Below are positions 50,345 to 61,701 of a DNA stretch of 64,000 nt, piece after piece. The notes under the pieces are model-generated. The model was not told the DNA's origin and searched no databases. It was given only the letters and a program-made list of their open reading frames with translations. The translations under genes were made by a program, and so were the position numbers. The stretch is from Podarcis filfolensis (lineage: Eukaryota): assembly GCA_964270895.1 (NCBI GenBank), contig OZ185440.1; one strand, 5' to 3'. Position 1 is the stretch's first letter, and every line of letters begins with the position of its first letter.

Positions 50345-50528
50345 TCTGTTGGTCAACGATTGAGGGGCTCGGCGCAGCAAGACAAACCCACAAGCCCCAT
50401 CTCTCCTTCATTAGCTCCTTATCTTTATTCAAGTTCTCACCTTCCCAGGACAAGTAGATCTGTATCTTCTGATTCTGTGAACCCATCAGACTTCCAAAGC
50501 ACATCTGCTGCTGACATGGAGAAAAATG
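50345..50528 (+). CDS. PPP1R12B: PPP1R12B exon 17 (184 nt), contains internal ATG 50516-50518
   Basis: ctttcAG|TCT...AAT G|GTATTT; SVGQRLRGSAQQDKPTSPISPSLAPYLYSSSHLPRTSRSVSSDSVNPSDFQSTSAADMEKN(E). Confidence 0.93.
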
Positions 50529-51351
50529 GTATTTACTATTGTAATTACAATGTTGTACAAATCTTTTGAGTTTGTTTTTGTACCAGATAGTGACTGTGTA
50601 ATACTATACTTCATACTTGACCAAGAAAATCCAAGAATATCCAAGGAAAGCTGCTCCACTCTTAATATATAGTACAATATATTACAATATATAATATTTG
50701 GAATGCTGAATCTTCTTTGTCTGGGTTAACAAAGCCAGTATTAACTGAAACCCACCATGCCCTGGGCCCTCCGATCTCTCACTCCACCAGCAAAAATAAG
50801 ACACCTATCCCCATGATGCTGACGAAAAAAGCACCACTCATATACTCTGTGAAGAAGGAAAGTTTACAGTCTCTCTCACCCACCCTTCTTCTTTATTTTC
50901 TTCCTTCTCCCTCCCCCACTTCTCTTACCCCCTCATTGCCTACAACATAAATGTCTCAAGCTGACTGTAATTGATGGGTATGAAAATTTGATTTGAAAAT
51001 AGAGACACTGAATGTACTCTTGCTACTTATGGAGAATCTTTTACTAAAAACATTTTTAAAAAAGCAATGAAATAACACCTCTAGGAATTTGAGCCCCTCC
51101 TGAAGAATCACGTTAATCTCAGTTGAATGTTTCTTTGAGCTGATGGCTTCGCATCATATTAAAGTACATCTGCTTTAGGGAGGATCCACTGCTTGGTGTT
51201 TGAAATTAAAATAATAATAATAAATTGTTAGGTGTTTAGAATGGAAATCTTTATGTTGGGATTAATTTGCCTTAATTTGAAAATGTTTCCATGGTATTGG
51301 TAAATCAATTTACCAAGCTATTTATAGCTAAAACTATATTTCTTTGGACAG

Positions 51352-51464
51352 AATATGAAGATCAGGATTTGGATGACAGAACTTCAAACAAGCAGTCGGT
51401 TAGAGAGAGGAGGCGGCCGAAAGAGAGACGAAGAGGCACGGGGATCTCTTTCTTTACAAAGGAT
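51352..51464 (+). CDS. PPP1R12B: PPP1R12B exon 18 (113 nt), RRGTG motif (Thr codon 51438-51440; MYPT1 T853 equivalent)
   Basis: ggacAG|AA...GAT|GTAAGT; YEDQDLDDRTSNKQSVRERRRPKERRRGTGISFFTKD. Confidence 0.96.
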
Positions 51465-52195
51465 GTAAGTAATGACATGCCTGGTGGAATTGAAGGAGGA
51501 TGAAAAGTTAACCAAGTTGCACATACCAATTGCTAGGGAGGCAAAATCTAAACTGGAAGTGCAAGATCCAACTGTGAAAATGAGAATACTGTTTTGATGC
51601 CATTTAAAATGTAAATGAGTCAGCAATCACTGTCCTGGCCCTCAAACTCCCAGCTCTTGTTATGCTAAATATTTTAATGCTCAGTTCAGTTCAGTACATA
51701 AGGCACACAAAATGGCATAGATTTTTTAAAAATGAAAGTGACCTTCAACAAATGCCCTCCAGTTGCATGAGGCTGCTCACAAACCTGCAGCTTTGCTGTA
51801 ACGCATGCACTAACCATAGTTTACTGTGGTGTGAAGGCACTGTCAATATCTGAATTGACCCTGCTTGTAATATTTTTCAAATACTTTATTTCTTTCTTTT
51901 CTAAAAAGCAAGTTACTTTTAGGGAACATGATTGCATCCCATGATGATGAAACTCACTGTTTTTCTGTTCTGTTTGACTGAAACAGTAATTTATCTGGTG
52001 GTGCATGGTTTCAAGGATTAATTATTAGAAGCTTCCAAACTGTATAGTCTTCTACTTTCTGTTAAGATATTTTGTATAGATAGATATCTTAAAATACTGC
52101 GTCTTGCTACCTAAACCTTTCTTACTACAAATATATAGGAAACCAGTTCTTCATTTGAAATGTTCATTTTCTTTCCCCCCCTTTTGATTTCCTAG

Positions 52196-52237
52196 GATGA
52201 TGAGATGGATGGTACTGAAGAAGTGAAAGAGGACAGG
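52196..52237 (+). CDS. PPP1R12B: PPP1R12B exon 19 (42 nt)
   Basis: ttcctAG|GAT...AGG|GTAAGT; DDEMDGTEEVKEDR. Confidence 0.93.
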
Positions 52238-54458
52238 GTAAGTGAACGATCTAAAGCATATATGTGTATTTGTTTGTTCTTGTGAATCTTTGGCCACAGG
52301 ATAGTTCTCAGTTCTTTTGCATTTTGAGAATATGTATGTGAAAGTGCGCTTTGAAATGTTTTTCTGGGGTTTATACCTGAATCTAGCAATAAGCCTAGTA
52401 TTCTCTTCTGGTTGCATTATCATTACTTTAAAGTAATAAAATTCTGTAGCTCTTTTCCTTGTTCATTGGACTGTAGGATATTTTTCAGTGTGTTCAGTGT
52501 GTCAAAAGCAAGATAAAAGGTACTTTGGTTTGTGCTAAAATTCGAGGTGCACATTGACCACCAAGTTAGGTTTGAACCACAATTCAGTGCTTCAGAAATA
52601 TACAAGACTTGATCTGAAATGCTTTGGAGACTGACTATTTGTGTCATAATCCAAATTCCAGTTTGGAAAAAGTGAAGCTTTGTGTCTCCCCTACTTACTA
52701 ATAAGGGGAAATCACAAGATGGATGTAACCTTTGATAGAATTTAGGGGTCCTCAAATTATTGTACAAAATTCTGCCTGCCTCTTTTATAGTCTGTCAGTC
52801 TCATTATGCTTTCTTTCAGCTGCATTTTAGGCAAGCATGTTCCTTTCTACAAAATCACTGGCAGAGGGCCATTCTCCACTTAAGCCAGGCCCATCCACAT
52901 CAGTAGTGGAGATAACATTCCCTGAGCAACATGTGAGAAAGAAATGCAAACTTTCCCTAGGCAAAAGAGCAGATGACCTCATTCTTGGTCCTACAGCTAA
53001 ATTTTGCACAGCATTATTTAATGTTATGGTAGATGAAACAATTGCTCACCTAGGTAACAGGTTTAAGTAAATGTTGCAGTTGAAGGAAAAGTATGAATTG
53101 ATAGTTGATGTTAAATATTTGGCTAAAATGGGAGATGATAACACTGGAAGGGACTGCGAAGACATATCTTTGCTCCTTGAGAGAGAGATTGATTCAGCAG
53201 AGTTGCTGTCTCAGATCATAAATTTTTTTTGGTTATATAATCAATCCCTAGAAAAATGCACAGCTTCCTAAGTGTAATATTCAAGGTATTTATATCAATT
53301 TGTGTGTAGTACTTCACATTACTGTCACTTTACTTGTACCTGTTGTGTTTAGGGAGAGGACAGTTTCAAAGTTGGAATTGATAAAAATTACCCGTGCTCT
53401 TTTGTGTCACAAGATCACTTAGTAGTGCTTACGGTTCTTGGCCTCATCTGCCCAGACTGCCATTAATCCATTTGGCTATAGTCACACATGGTTTTGTTCA
53501 TGAACATCCATGATGGCGTTTCATCAGACCATCAGGACATCATTGACAAAAATCTCATAGGCTGCTGCAGCCAACCACATTAAATGGAAGGATGGGCACA
53601 ATGAGGCTGTCACGGCAAAGGATATGGAAGATGCTGCAGGAAATAGTATCAAAGCTGTGCAAATGTATTAAGAAGAAGTGCCTGAAATGCAGGGGCACTT
53701 TTGGAAAGTTATCTGATGTCATATTTTCATAAGTACTCCTGGCTCTGCCGAAAATGATTTTGATAAGATTTAATGATTTAGGACATCACTGAATGACCAA
53801 ATCACATAGCAGAATTGCCACTAGAGGGAGCATGTTCTGCAGCTATCAAAGTATGAAGTGAGAAACTAACAACTTTATGTAAGAACTTCCAGAAAGAGGA
53901 ATTGGGATTCTTAATAAATTTGGACTGAAAATTGCTTCTCTTAAAACAAATAATAGTGCAGCATTTCTTCCTTCAAATAAGCTTGTCAAAGATATTTGAT
54001 GTTAGAAGTGAGATAAATAAACAACAGTTGGGTAGTCTTGCTGAAATCATTTTTTATTTTTTTGGGTTGGGACTCATTTTGAATTTTTTCCTCTAACTGT
54101 AATAATTTGGCCAGATGTTGATCTTGTGTGAACCTCACATGGAATTATATGTACTGTTAGAAGCCTGCCAGATGGACAGAAAGCTAAGTATTAGCACATG
54201 CTCAGAAGCTGGCTTGATTTGAGGGTGGTTTGTCTGTGTGTAAAAAAATGCTACGTTGAGGCTGTTATGAAAAGTAAATCTAACTTAATCTATTAAAGGT
54301 AAACACAATAAAAATGTAAATCTGTAATGGCTCGTTTCAAAAATGTGGAAAAGTTGCACGTGTGGCCTTCTGCTTGTGCAGTGCTTGATACAATCCAGTT
54401 TATAATTCTGTGGTTGCAACAGGTGACATAAAATTTGTAGAGCGTCCATCTGCTAAAG

Positions 54459-54596
54459 CAGGGCTGGGGAACCATTCAGCCTCAAAATGTTGTTGGACTC
54501 TAGTTCCCAGCATTCCTGACCATTAGCCATGCTAACATGGACTGATGGGAGTTGGAGGCAAGCAGTCTGTGGAGGGTTACATGTTTCCTGTACTTG
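54459..54596. mobile_element. Degenerate hAT hairpin MITE
   Basis: CAGGGCTGGGGAAC...GTTTCCTGTACTTG; partial TSD (TAAAG shared). Confidence 0.55.
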
Positions 54597-56559
54597 CAGT
54601 AAAGAACATGCTAGGAATGCAAACTGAAACTGGATGTGTTTGGAAATTATGTAGTTGGAATTCACCTGTCCTGTGGCGTGAGTTGCTGATCACCTGATTG
54701 GTTCAAATTCACGATGTTAAACTTGTTGGTGTTTTTCTAGTTCTTTTTGAGAATTCAGTGAAATAGCTATGCTAATATTTCAGCTTTAAAGGTGAGTTGC
54801 AGGCTTGTGCTGATCTCTTGTATATTTAACACTTGCTTTGTTACAAAAGTGCTACACCTTCTGTTCTCATCGTACACCTAACAGTTCAGCGGAAAGTTTC
54901 CCCCCCAAATCACACTGCTACTCCTACAGACCTTCCATAAAATCTTCCATTTCTCTGCTTTACTGTCATGATGTTCTGCAAGAGCAAAGTCTTTTATGTC
55001 TGCCTGCAATAGCTTTTTGTTTTCTGGGATCGGACTACCTAATATGGTGAGGTATGCCCCAGTCAGACACTGCTACAAGTTCCTTTGAAGCAATGGAGTT
55101 TGCTTGGTAGTAATGTTAGGTGAGCCTCTAGCAGACTAATATGGAAGAGCAACAAATAGTGAACAGTAACATGTTGTGCTTTTAACTATTTTTGTAAATA
55201 GAACAGTTGTGATGCACAAATCCTTTTTTGGGAATCCAAAGAGCATTGCCAGAAGGGCATTTTTCTTGTTATTTTATTTCCTAGCAGAGAGGCTGTATAG
55301 CACTTGGAAAGCTTTCATCCTGGCTTATGTCCATTGCAGTGTGGGAGAAAAGGCAACTTTTAGATTATGATAAAATAAAACATTTAATTATGAAAAAATG
55401 TTGGGAACATACCTTTGAATTACTAGCTTTCTAATAAAGAACCCTGTGCTCAGAAGTGGATTGTAGGCCTGTTTCCTCCGCAGTAAACACAGTTGGCAGG
55501 ATATCAGACTAGTAAGAAGTGAGGACAAAAATGACAGGAAATTCATTGAAGTTGCTGATCTATAGCAGTCCTAAACTGAAAGCCATTTATGTATTTAAGT
55601 GTAATTTAGGACTCGTGATCAACCAGGATATGAGGAGCACAGTAAATTAGAATTCTGATTTATGGGACCTTTTTTTTTTACACTATTATTTCATATGTGT
55701 GTACCTGAGTACATTTCCCATATTTTGTTCAAGCTTATGCACACTCATAGGTGTAGGAATTAAGTCTTCCATGCTATTTTGCAATCATCCTGATGCTGAA
55801 CTTAAAATTGCTGAACTTTAAAGCCAAAAATAAAGCTAAGTGGCACCTGGCTAGTTCTGTTTAAAGGCACCTATCATTTCGGGGCAGAATGTTATTGTAA
55901 AAATTGCACACAAGTCTAAAAGTATGTCATATAAAGTAAGGTTGTGTTGGTCTTCATTGCTGCCTGTGAATAAATTATAACTTAAACTTAGAATTGCTGT
56001 TGCTGAACCCTTTCCTATCCGGCTCATTACAGTTGGATGGGAATTGAAGTCCAAATGATGGATGGGAAACAGAAAAGATGGTCCAGTTAATGTTTCCAAA
56101 CATAATTTGTGGAAGGTGGGCGAGCCTTCTTTACCTCGGACATTCAACCTGACTAATAGCCTCTGTAGCCCAGTCTATGTTCTTGGATGATGGCCAGTAC
56201 TGAGCAAAGCATTTCAAAGTGTTCAGTAGCTGCGAGTCTATGGTGGAGTGGTTTGTCTCCTATAAACAAGGCTACTTAAGTCTGTCCCGAGTAGCTTTGT
56301 ATGTCTTGGAGAAAATTAACTGCAAATGAGAGGGAAATCATTTATCCATTTATTTTAATTTTAAGGGGAATAATGAAATTAGGCTAAGCCTACTGATGAA
56401 ATGTTTCTTTTCATATATATTTTTGAAAAGTAGAAATCATGAGACCATAATATCTTTAGAAACTTCCTGTGAATGAAATCTATGCTTTCTAAATTATAGT
56501 ACTTCAGAGTTGAATGTTGCCTTGCTTTGAATATAGTCATTCCTCTCTTTTGTGTGGAC

Positions 56560-56695
56560 CAGGCACCCCCAACCTTTGGCCCTCCAGATGTTTTGGACTA
56601 CAATAACCATCATCCCTGACCACTGGTCCTGTTAGCTAGGGATCATGGGAGTTGTAGGCCAAAACATCTGGAGGGCCACAAGTTGGGGATGCCTG
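56560..56695. mobile_element. 136-bp hAT hairpin MITE (third TIR variant)
   Basis: CAGGCACCCCCAAC / GTTGGGGATGCCTG; TSD GTGTGGAC/GTGTAGAC (7 of 8). Confidence 0.9.
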
Positions 56696-57529
56696 GTGTA
56701 GACTATTGGGCAGCAGGGTGGGCCGCACCCCAAAAACAGTCCCACTTTGTCCCTAGTGTCCAAGACCAGGCACAAACCCTTAAAAGCAGTATCCAACCTG
56801 ATGGGAAGCCTGGAAAGGGAATGCTTCTAGACCATTGTGATATTTCCCCAGATCTCAAATGTATGTTGATGTTGTACTAGTTAACCTGGAGGTCAAAGGT
56901 GGAAGATACCAACTCCATCTTATTTATCCTCCAAAGGCTCAGTGACACAGACCAGGTATATGCCGTATGTTGAGCATATACCCGTAAAATAAAGTATGCA
57001 ATGAAACAAGTCTATCAATTGAATGGTATGAAAGTTCACTCCTTTTCATTAGCACTGTAGTGAAGTGGAAGTGTGTGAAGTTTTATAAAATAGCACAGCT
57101 CTTCTTGAAAGACAACCCCCTCCAAAAAAGTACAATTGTAAAAGAGAAAATGCAGGTGTGGTATGAGCTGCCCTATTGAGAATGGAAATAACTATCAACA
57201 GCAGCTGTCTCTCTATTAAGTATGAATCAGTTAATCATTAGGAAGTTGATGGGAGTTTGGCTGCTTTTCAGGATTTTAATACAATAGACATTAATTAGTA
57301 TTAGGCACATTTCATCCCTAACTCATGAGAGTCAAATAATTTACATACATACCTGCCCACACATCCAGCCTGCTGTTCCAGAACTAATGTGTAGTAATTG
57401 CAGCCTGTACCAGAGGAAGTTGCAGTACCTTCTCAGTAGTCATGCCCACCCTGTGGAATTCTCAAAGATGTTAAAGAGAGAAATAATTATATGACCTTCC
57501 ATAGACATCTGAAGGAAGCCCTGTATCAG

Positions 57530-57675
57530 GACGCTTTTAATGTGTGATGTTCTGTTGTGTTGTTGCTGTTGTTCTGTTTCTTTATATCATTTTGGAAGCC
57601 ACCCAGAGTTACTGGGGCAACCCAGTCAGATGGGCTAGGTACAAAAAATAAATTATTACCATATTATTATTATAT
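57530..57675 (+). mobile_element. L2-type LINE 3' end
   Basis: gaagccacccagagttactggggcaacccagtcagatgggc followed by an (ATT)n tail. Confidence 0.7.
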
Positions 57676-60009
57676 ACCAGTCCACGTATATGGTTTAGAA
57701 TAGCTACAAAGTGCCATCATGAATCCGACAATCTTGTACTGATTACTGAATGTGGACATTCTACCAAGACTCCTCTCATTGTCTTTCAGGCCCCAAGAAT
57801 ACAGTGTAGTGATGCAACTACTTTTAGTAAAGACTACAGCATCACGAATGGATTGGCAGGGATTTCAGCCCAGTTGGCTTTGCAAAGCACCAAATTCATA
57901 ACATAATCCAATGACTAACCTGTGAAAAAAAGGTTAGTCCACATTGCTGGGTGTCACATCTGGTTTCCTTGCTGTCACAGCCTGCTGTGCGGAAATGTGT
58001 TTAGCTTGAAGTTGTTTGTAATAGTGATGTTTGGATTTGATGCTGACTCCTATTTATCTGGACTACTGTAAATTACACCCAATTCTGTGCATGCTTTTTG
58101 GTCCGCAAAGTTCCACTGTATTCACTGTGACATTCTTCCTCGTATGACTGCATACGATGGCATTCTTAGTGACTTCAGTAGTTTACATGGTTATAAATTA
58201 GAACCTTATATTCTGCCTGTGTTTAAGTGATGGCTATTTTTCAGAAAGCAATTCTGGAACTAGAGGAAAGCATATCCCTCTTACTAAAACAACGTGGTGT
58301 GTTCTGGTATATGACTTATAGGAAGCACCTGCTTTGTATTCTCATTATTTCTGAAGTAATACTGTAAAATTTACTCCTTTTTCTTTACTTTGTTCTTGGT
58401 TCTTTTGTTTTAATAGATTTGTTTTTAGGTGAATCTCCTCACAGTATACCAATGCTCTATAATCATGGTCTTTAGTCCCTGTCCCCCCATAAAGTGGTCA
58501 ATTTTTACTATAATTTGCTATATATGTGTATAACTTGGGGTGGGGGTGCAGTAATGTGCTGGACCTCTGTAGAATCTATTTTTTGACCTCAAACCCAGGA
58601 AATTGCTAGTCCTTTCTATAAACAGATTACTGTTTTTAGTACATGCACATTCTGTTCCTCTTTAGCCACTCACATTTAAAAGAAACTGGCTGTTTCTAAA
58701 AGTTGCCGTCTTTAAGTATGATCAAACTTCCGCATGTGCTTCAAGTAGGGGATTTTATTGGAGATGAATGAGAATATGTTCTCTGGGTTACCATCTTTTG
58801 CTTCTTCTTTCTTACCAGCTTTATAGATGAACTGAGCAAGAACTATGGTCTGAGGCTATCTTTTAGATATGGAAGATTAGCTGGCTTTATAGCAGGCCAT
58901 ATGAACTTTTGGACCCAGTACTTTATGCAACAACGATGAAGGAGATTACCTTTAATGATTTATTGTATAGTAGCTGATCAAGAAAGATCTCTGAATTACA
59001 GCTGGGTTCTTCTGTATTTAATTGCTATGCGGGATCTTCTACTCTAATCCCTTTATTTCCAGGACTTGAGAACCTACTACATGGCAATAAATCAGCACTC
59101 AGTACATTGCAGGCAAAGGGCTTTGCTTGCCTTCCTTTTATGGGAAATCACTGCAGTGTTTTTCATCATGTTTATATCTCAGCCTAGTGCCAATTCCCCC
59201 TCCAAAAAATGTTTTACAGTCTCTCTTACAGGACATGAGCTTGCTGTCATACATTAGAATCAAAGACATTATCCCTGTCATAATCAGGCTTGTGCTTATA
59301 ACAGTATAAAGCAGAATCATAGATTACATGAGGGACCTGCCACATAGTGCTGCACTGTGGAGTGATCCTGTTGAGGGTTCCAATCAGCCACGACCTCTTT
59401 CAGAATGCAGTACTCCATTCCATTCTCCTGCTTCCTTTAGTTCCTGTTTTTTCTTCCCTCCATCAGCCGGCCATCATTTTGTGGCCACTGAGCATGCACA
59501 GCCCTCTTTGGAATTGCCCCACAAGCCTGCTGATAGCCTCCCTTTTTGAATGAATGGTGCCGTCTGAGCTGCCTAAACACCCACATTCATCCCTGAACTT
59601 CTGCCACAAAATGTTTTTAAAATAAGTAGTTACTCTTTGTGGAAACTACCAAATATTTTGACAGTGTTGTTTGCATTTGTAATCAAAATGCATGTTGCTG
59701 ACCTTTGTTCTAGCTGAGGCCAAGTATAGGAACAAGTCAGTTCAGATCATGCGATGTTTCTTGTCATAAGGGTTTTCCTATGATTGAGGCAGTCTGAGAT
59801 TTGATGAAATATTTTTCATAGGGCTATCTAGCACTTTACTATCATTTTATTTAAAAGTAAGAAGCAATACTAAAAGTACTTTTTCTGTATTGACTTGAAA
59901 TACTTTTTCTGTATTGACTTGAAATGTTTGCAGATAGAATAGCGTTCTGAAACTCTTACACAATCTACTTAGTGTGGAATACCTTGTAGTACCATGTGAT
60001 GAACAATAA

Positions 60010-60480
60010 CAGGGTTGCCGACTTTTGGGGGCCAGTGGGCATACTTGGAATTTTGATAAAACGCCATAGAATTTTGAAAAAGCTGCTTACCAGAGTTATA
60101 GCACATAATGACTGTCCCATCTAAAAGGAAAAGAGAGAGAGAGAAAGCACCACAAGATGAGTGCAGGCAGGCTCCCCAGAGCAGTCCTGCATCAGTGGAG
60201 AAGAGACTACATCAGCTATCATTACACTCACAGAGAGACGCCCTTTTTACCTTTCCTCTGTTCAGAATGGGTGGTATCGATCATGGTGTCTAATGAAATG
60301 CGAGTATGTTTAAAGGGGCTTGTTCAATGTAGTTGACATCAAGCCAGTGCAAAGAGAAACTGAGCAGGAGTCTGCTGCATTGTGAATTTTTACGGGATAT
60401 TTCCTGAGACCTTTTGTGAGTACCGTACGAGGTGTTGGCTGGCACACTGGTGCCTGTAAGTGATGTGTTGGTGACCCCTG
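60010..60480. mobile_element. Old non-autonomous hAT element
   Basis: CAGGGTTGCCGAC / GTTGGTGACCCCTG ends; TSD decayed. Confidence 0.5.
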
Positions 60481-60754
60481 AACTGTGGTACATAAGCTAT
60501 TTTAACTTCAGTTATCCTGCTTGGATCCCAGAGAAGAACCAGTGTTTCATTTGGGGAATATAAGTAAGAGCACTCTCTAAATTTAAGCTATAGCTCTGAA
60601 CTGAAAGTTCAGATTCAGGGAAAGAGAGTACAAAGAGATGAAAATAACCCCATAGAATTAGAGGGGAAGGGTTATATATTCACAACCCAGAGGCTATAAG
60701 GATCTAGCACATAACTAATCTCGACACAGTATGGAAGCATGTAGATTGTTTAGG

Positions 60755-61058
60755 AGTTGTTGCTGTTTAGTCGTTTAGGCGTGTCTGACTCTTTGTGACC
60801 CCATGGACCAGAGCACGCCAGGCACTTCTGTCTTCCACTGCCTCCCGCAGTTTGGTCAAACTCATGCTGCTAGCTTCGAGAACACTGTCCAACCATCTCA
60901 TCCTCTGTCATCCCCTTCTCCTTGTGCCCTCCATCTTTCCCAACATCAGAGTCTTTTCCAGGGAGTCTTCTCTTCTCATGAGGTGGCCAAAGTATTGGAG
61001 TCTCAGCTTCAGGATCTGTCCTTCCAGTGAGCACTCAGGGCTGATTTCCTTAAGAATG
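60755..61058 (-). mobile_element. 5'-truncated BovB (RTE) LINE 3' end
   Basis: The minus frame reads ILKEISPECSLEGQILKLRLQYFGHLMRREDSLEKTLMLGKMEGTRRRG*QRMRWLDSV..., the characteristic BovB C-terminus. 11-bp TSD GATTGTTTAGG at 60744-60754 and 61059-61069. Confidence 0.93.
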
Positions 61059-61150
61059 GATTGTTTAGGTAGTGGGGAGAAAAAAACAGGATAGAAAGAC
61101 TTTGTTACTAAATCTACCGCCTTCCATGTTAAATTTTAGTAGATATGCTG

Positions 61151-61197
<47 letters not shown>
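61151..61197. repeat. (ATA)n microsatellite
   Basis: About 15 units seen directly. Confidence 0.95.
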
Positions 61198-61198
<1 letters not shown>

Positions 61199-61348
61199 TA
61201 TTACTTGCACTCCGCCCTTCCAACTGGATAGATGGGCACTAGAATGAAGGGAATCAGCTAGAGAGTTAGAGAGTTATTGCATTGGAAACAGACAATGGGG
61301 AAAAGGTGGGAGTCCATGCTTTTTTAGGATTATGTATTTTAAAGCTGT

Positions 61349-61701
61349 GGGACGCGGGTGGCGCTGTGGGTTAAACCACAGAGCCTAGGACTTCCGATCA
61401 GAAGGTCGGTGGTTTGAATCCCTGTGACGGGGTGAGCTCCTGTTGCTCGGTCCCTGCTCCTGCCAACCTAGCAGTTTGAAAGCACATCAAAGTGCAAGTA
61501 GATAAATAGGTACCGCTCCAGCGGGAAGGTAAACGGCGTTTCCGTGCGTTGCTCTGGTTCGCCAGAAGCAGCTTAGTCATGCTGGCCACATGACCCGGAA
61601 GCTGTACGCCGGCTCCCTCAGCCAATAAAGCGAGATGAGCGCCGCAACCCCAGAGTCGGTCACGACTGGACCTAATGGTCAGGGGTCTCTTTACGTTTAC
61701 C
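61349..61701 (+). mobile_element. Near full-length Sauria-type SINE
   Basis: GGGACGCGGGTGGCGCTGTGG head, GGTTTGAATCCC B-box, TTTAC tail; 14-bp TSD TATTTTAAAGCTGT/TATTTTAAAGCTAT. Confidence 0.93.

Larger units (their letters stand above)
15462..52237 (+). other. PPP1R12B: PPP1R12B/MYPT2 partial gene span (exons 2-19 of a larger gene; 5' and 3' ends outside window)
   Basis: 18 exons with AG/GT boundaries and compatible phases, summing to 2367 nt in one open frame. The peptide matches the MYPT2 architecture ([13 protein letters not shown]..., WRLSLRKTSS, SYLTPVRDEEAESLRKARSRQARQTRRSTQG, RERRRPKERRRGTG). Confidence 0.97.

Noticed and set aside
60795-61625. ORFs at 60795, 60803 and 61398
   Set aside because: Antisense or alternative-frame readings of BovB and the Sauria SINE.
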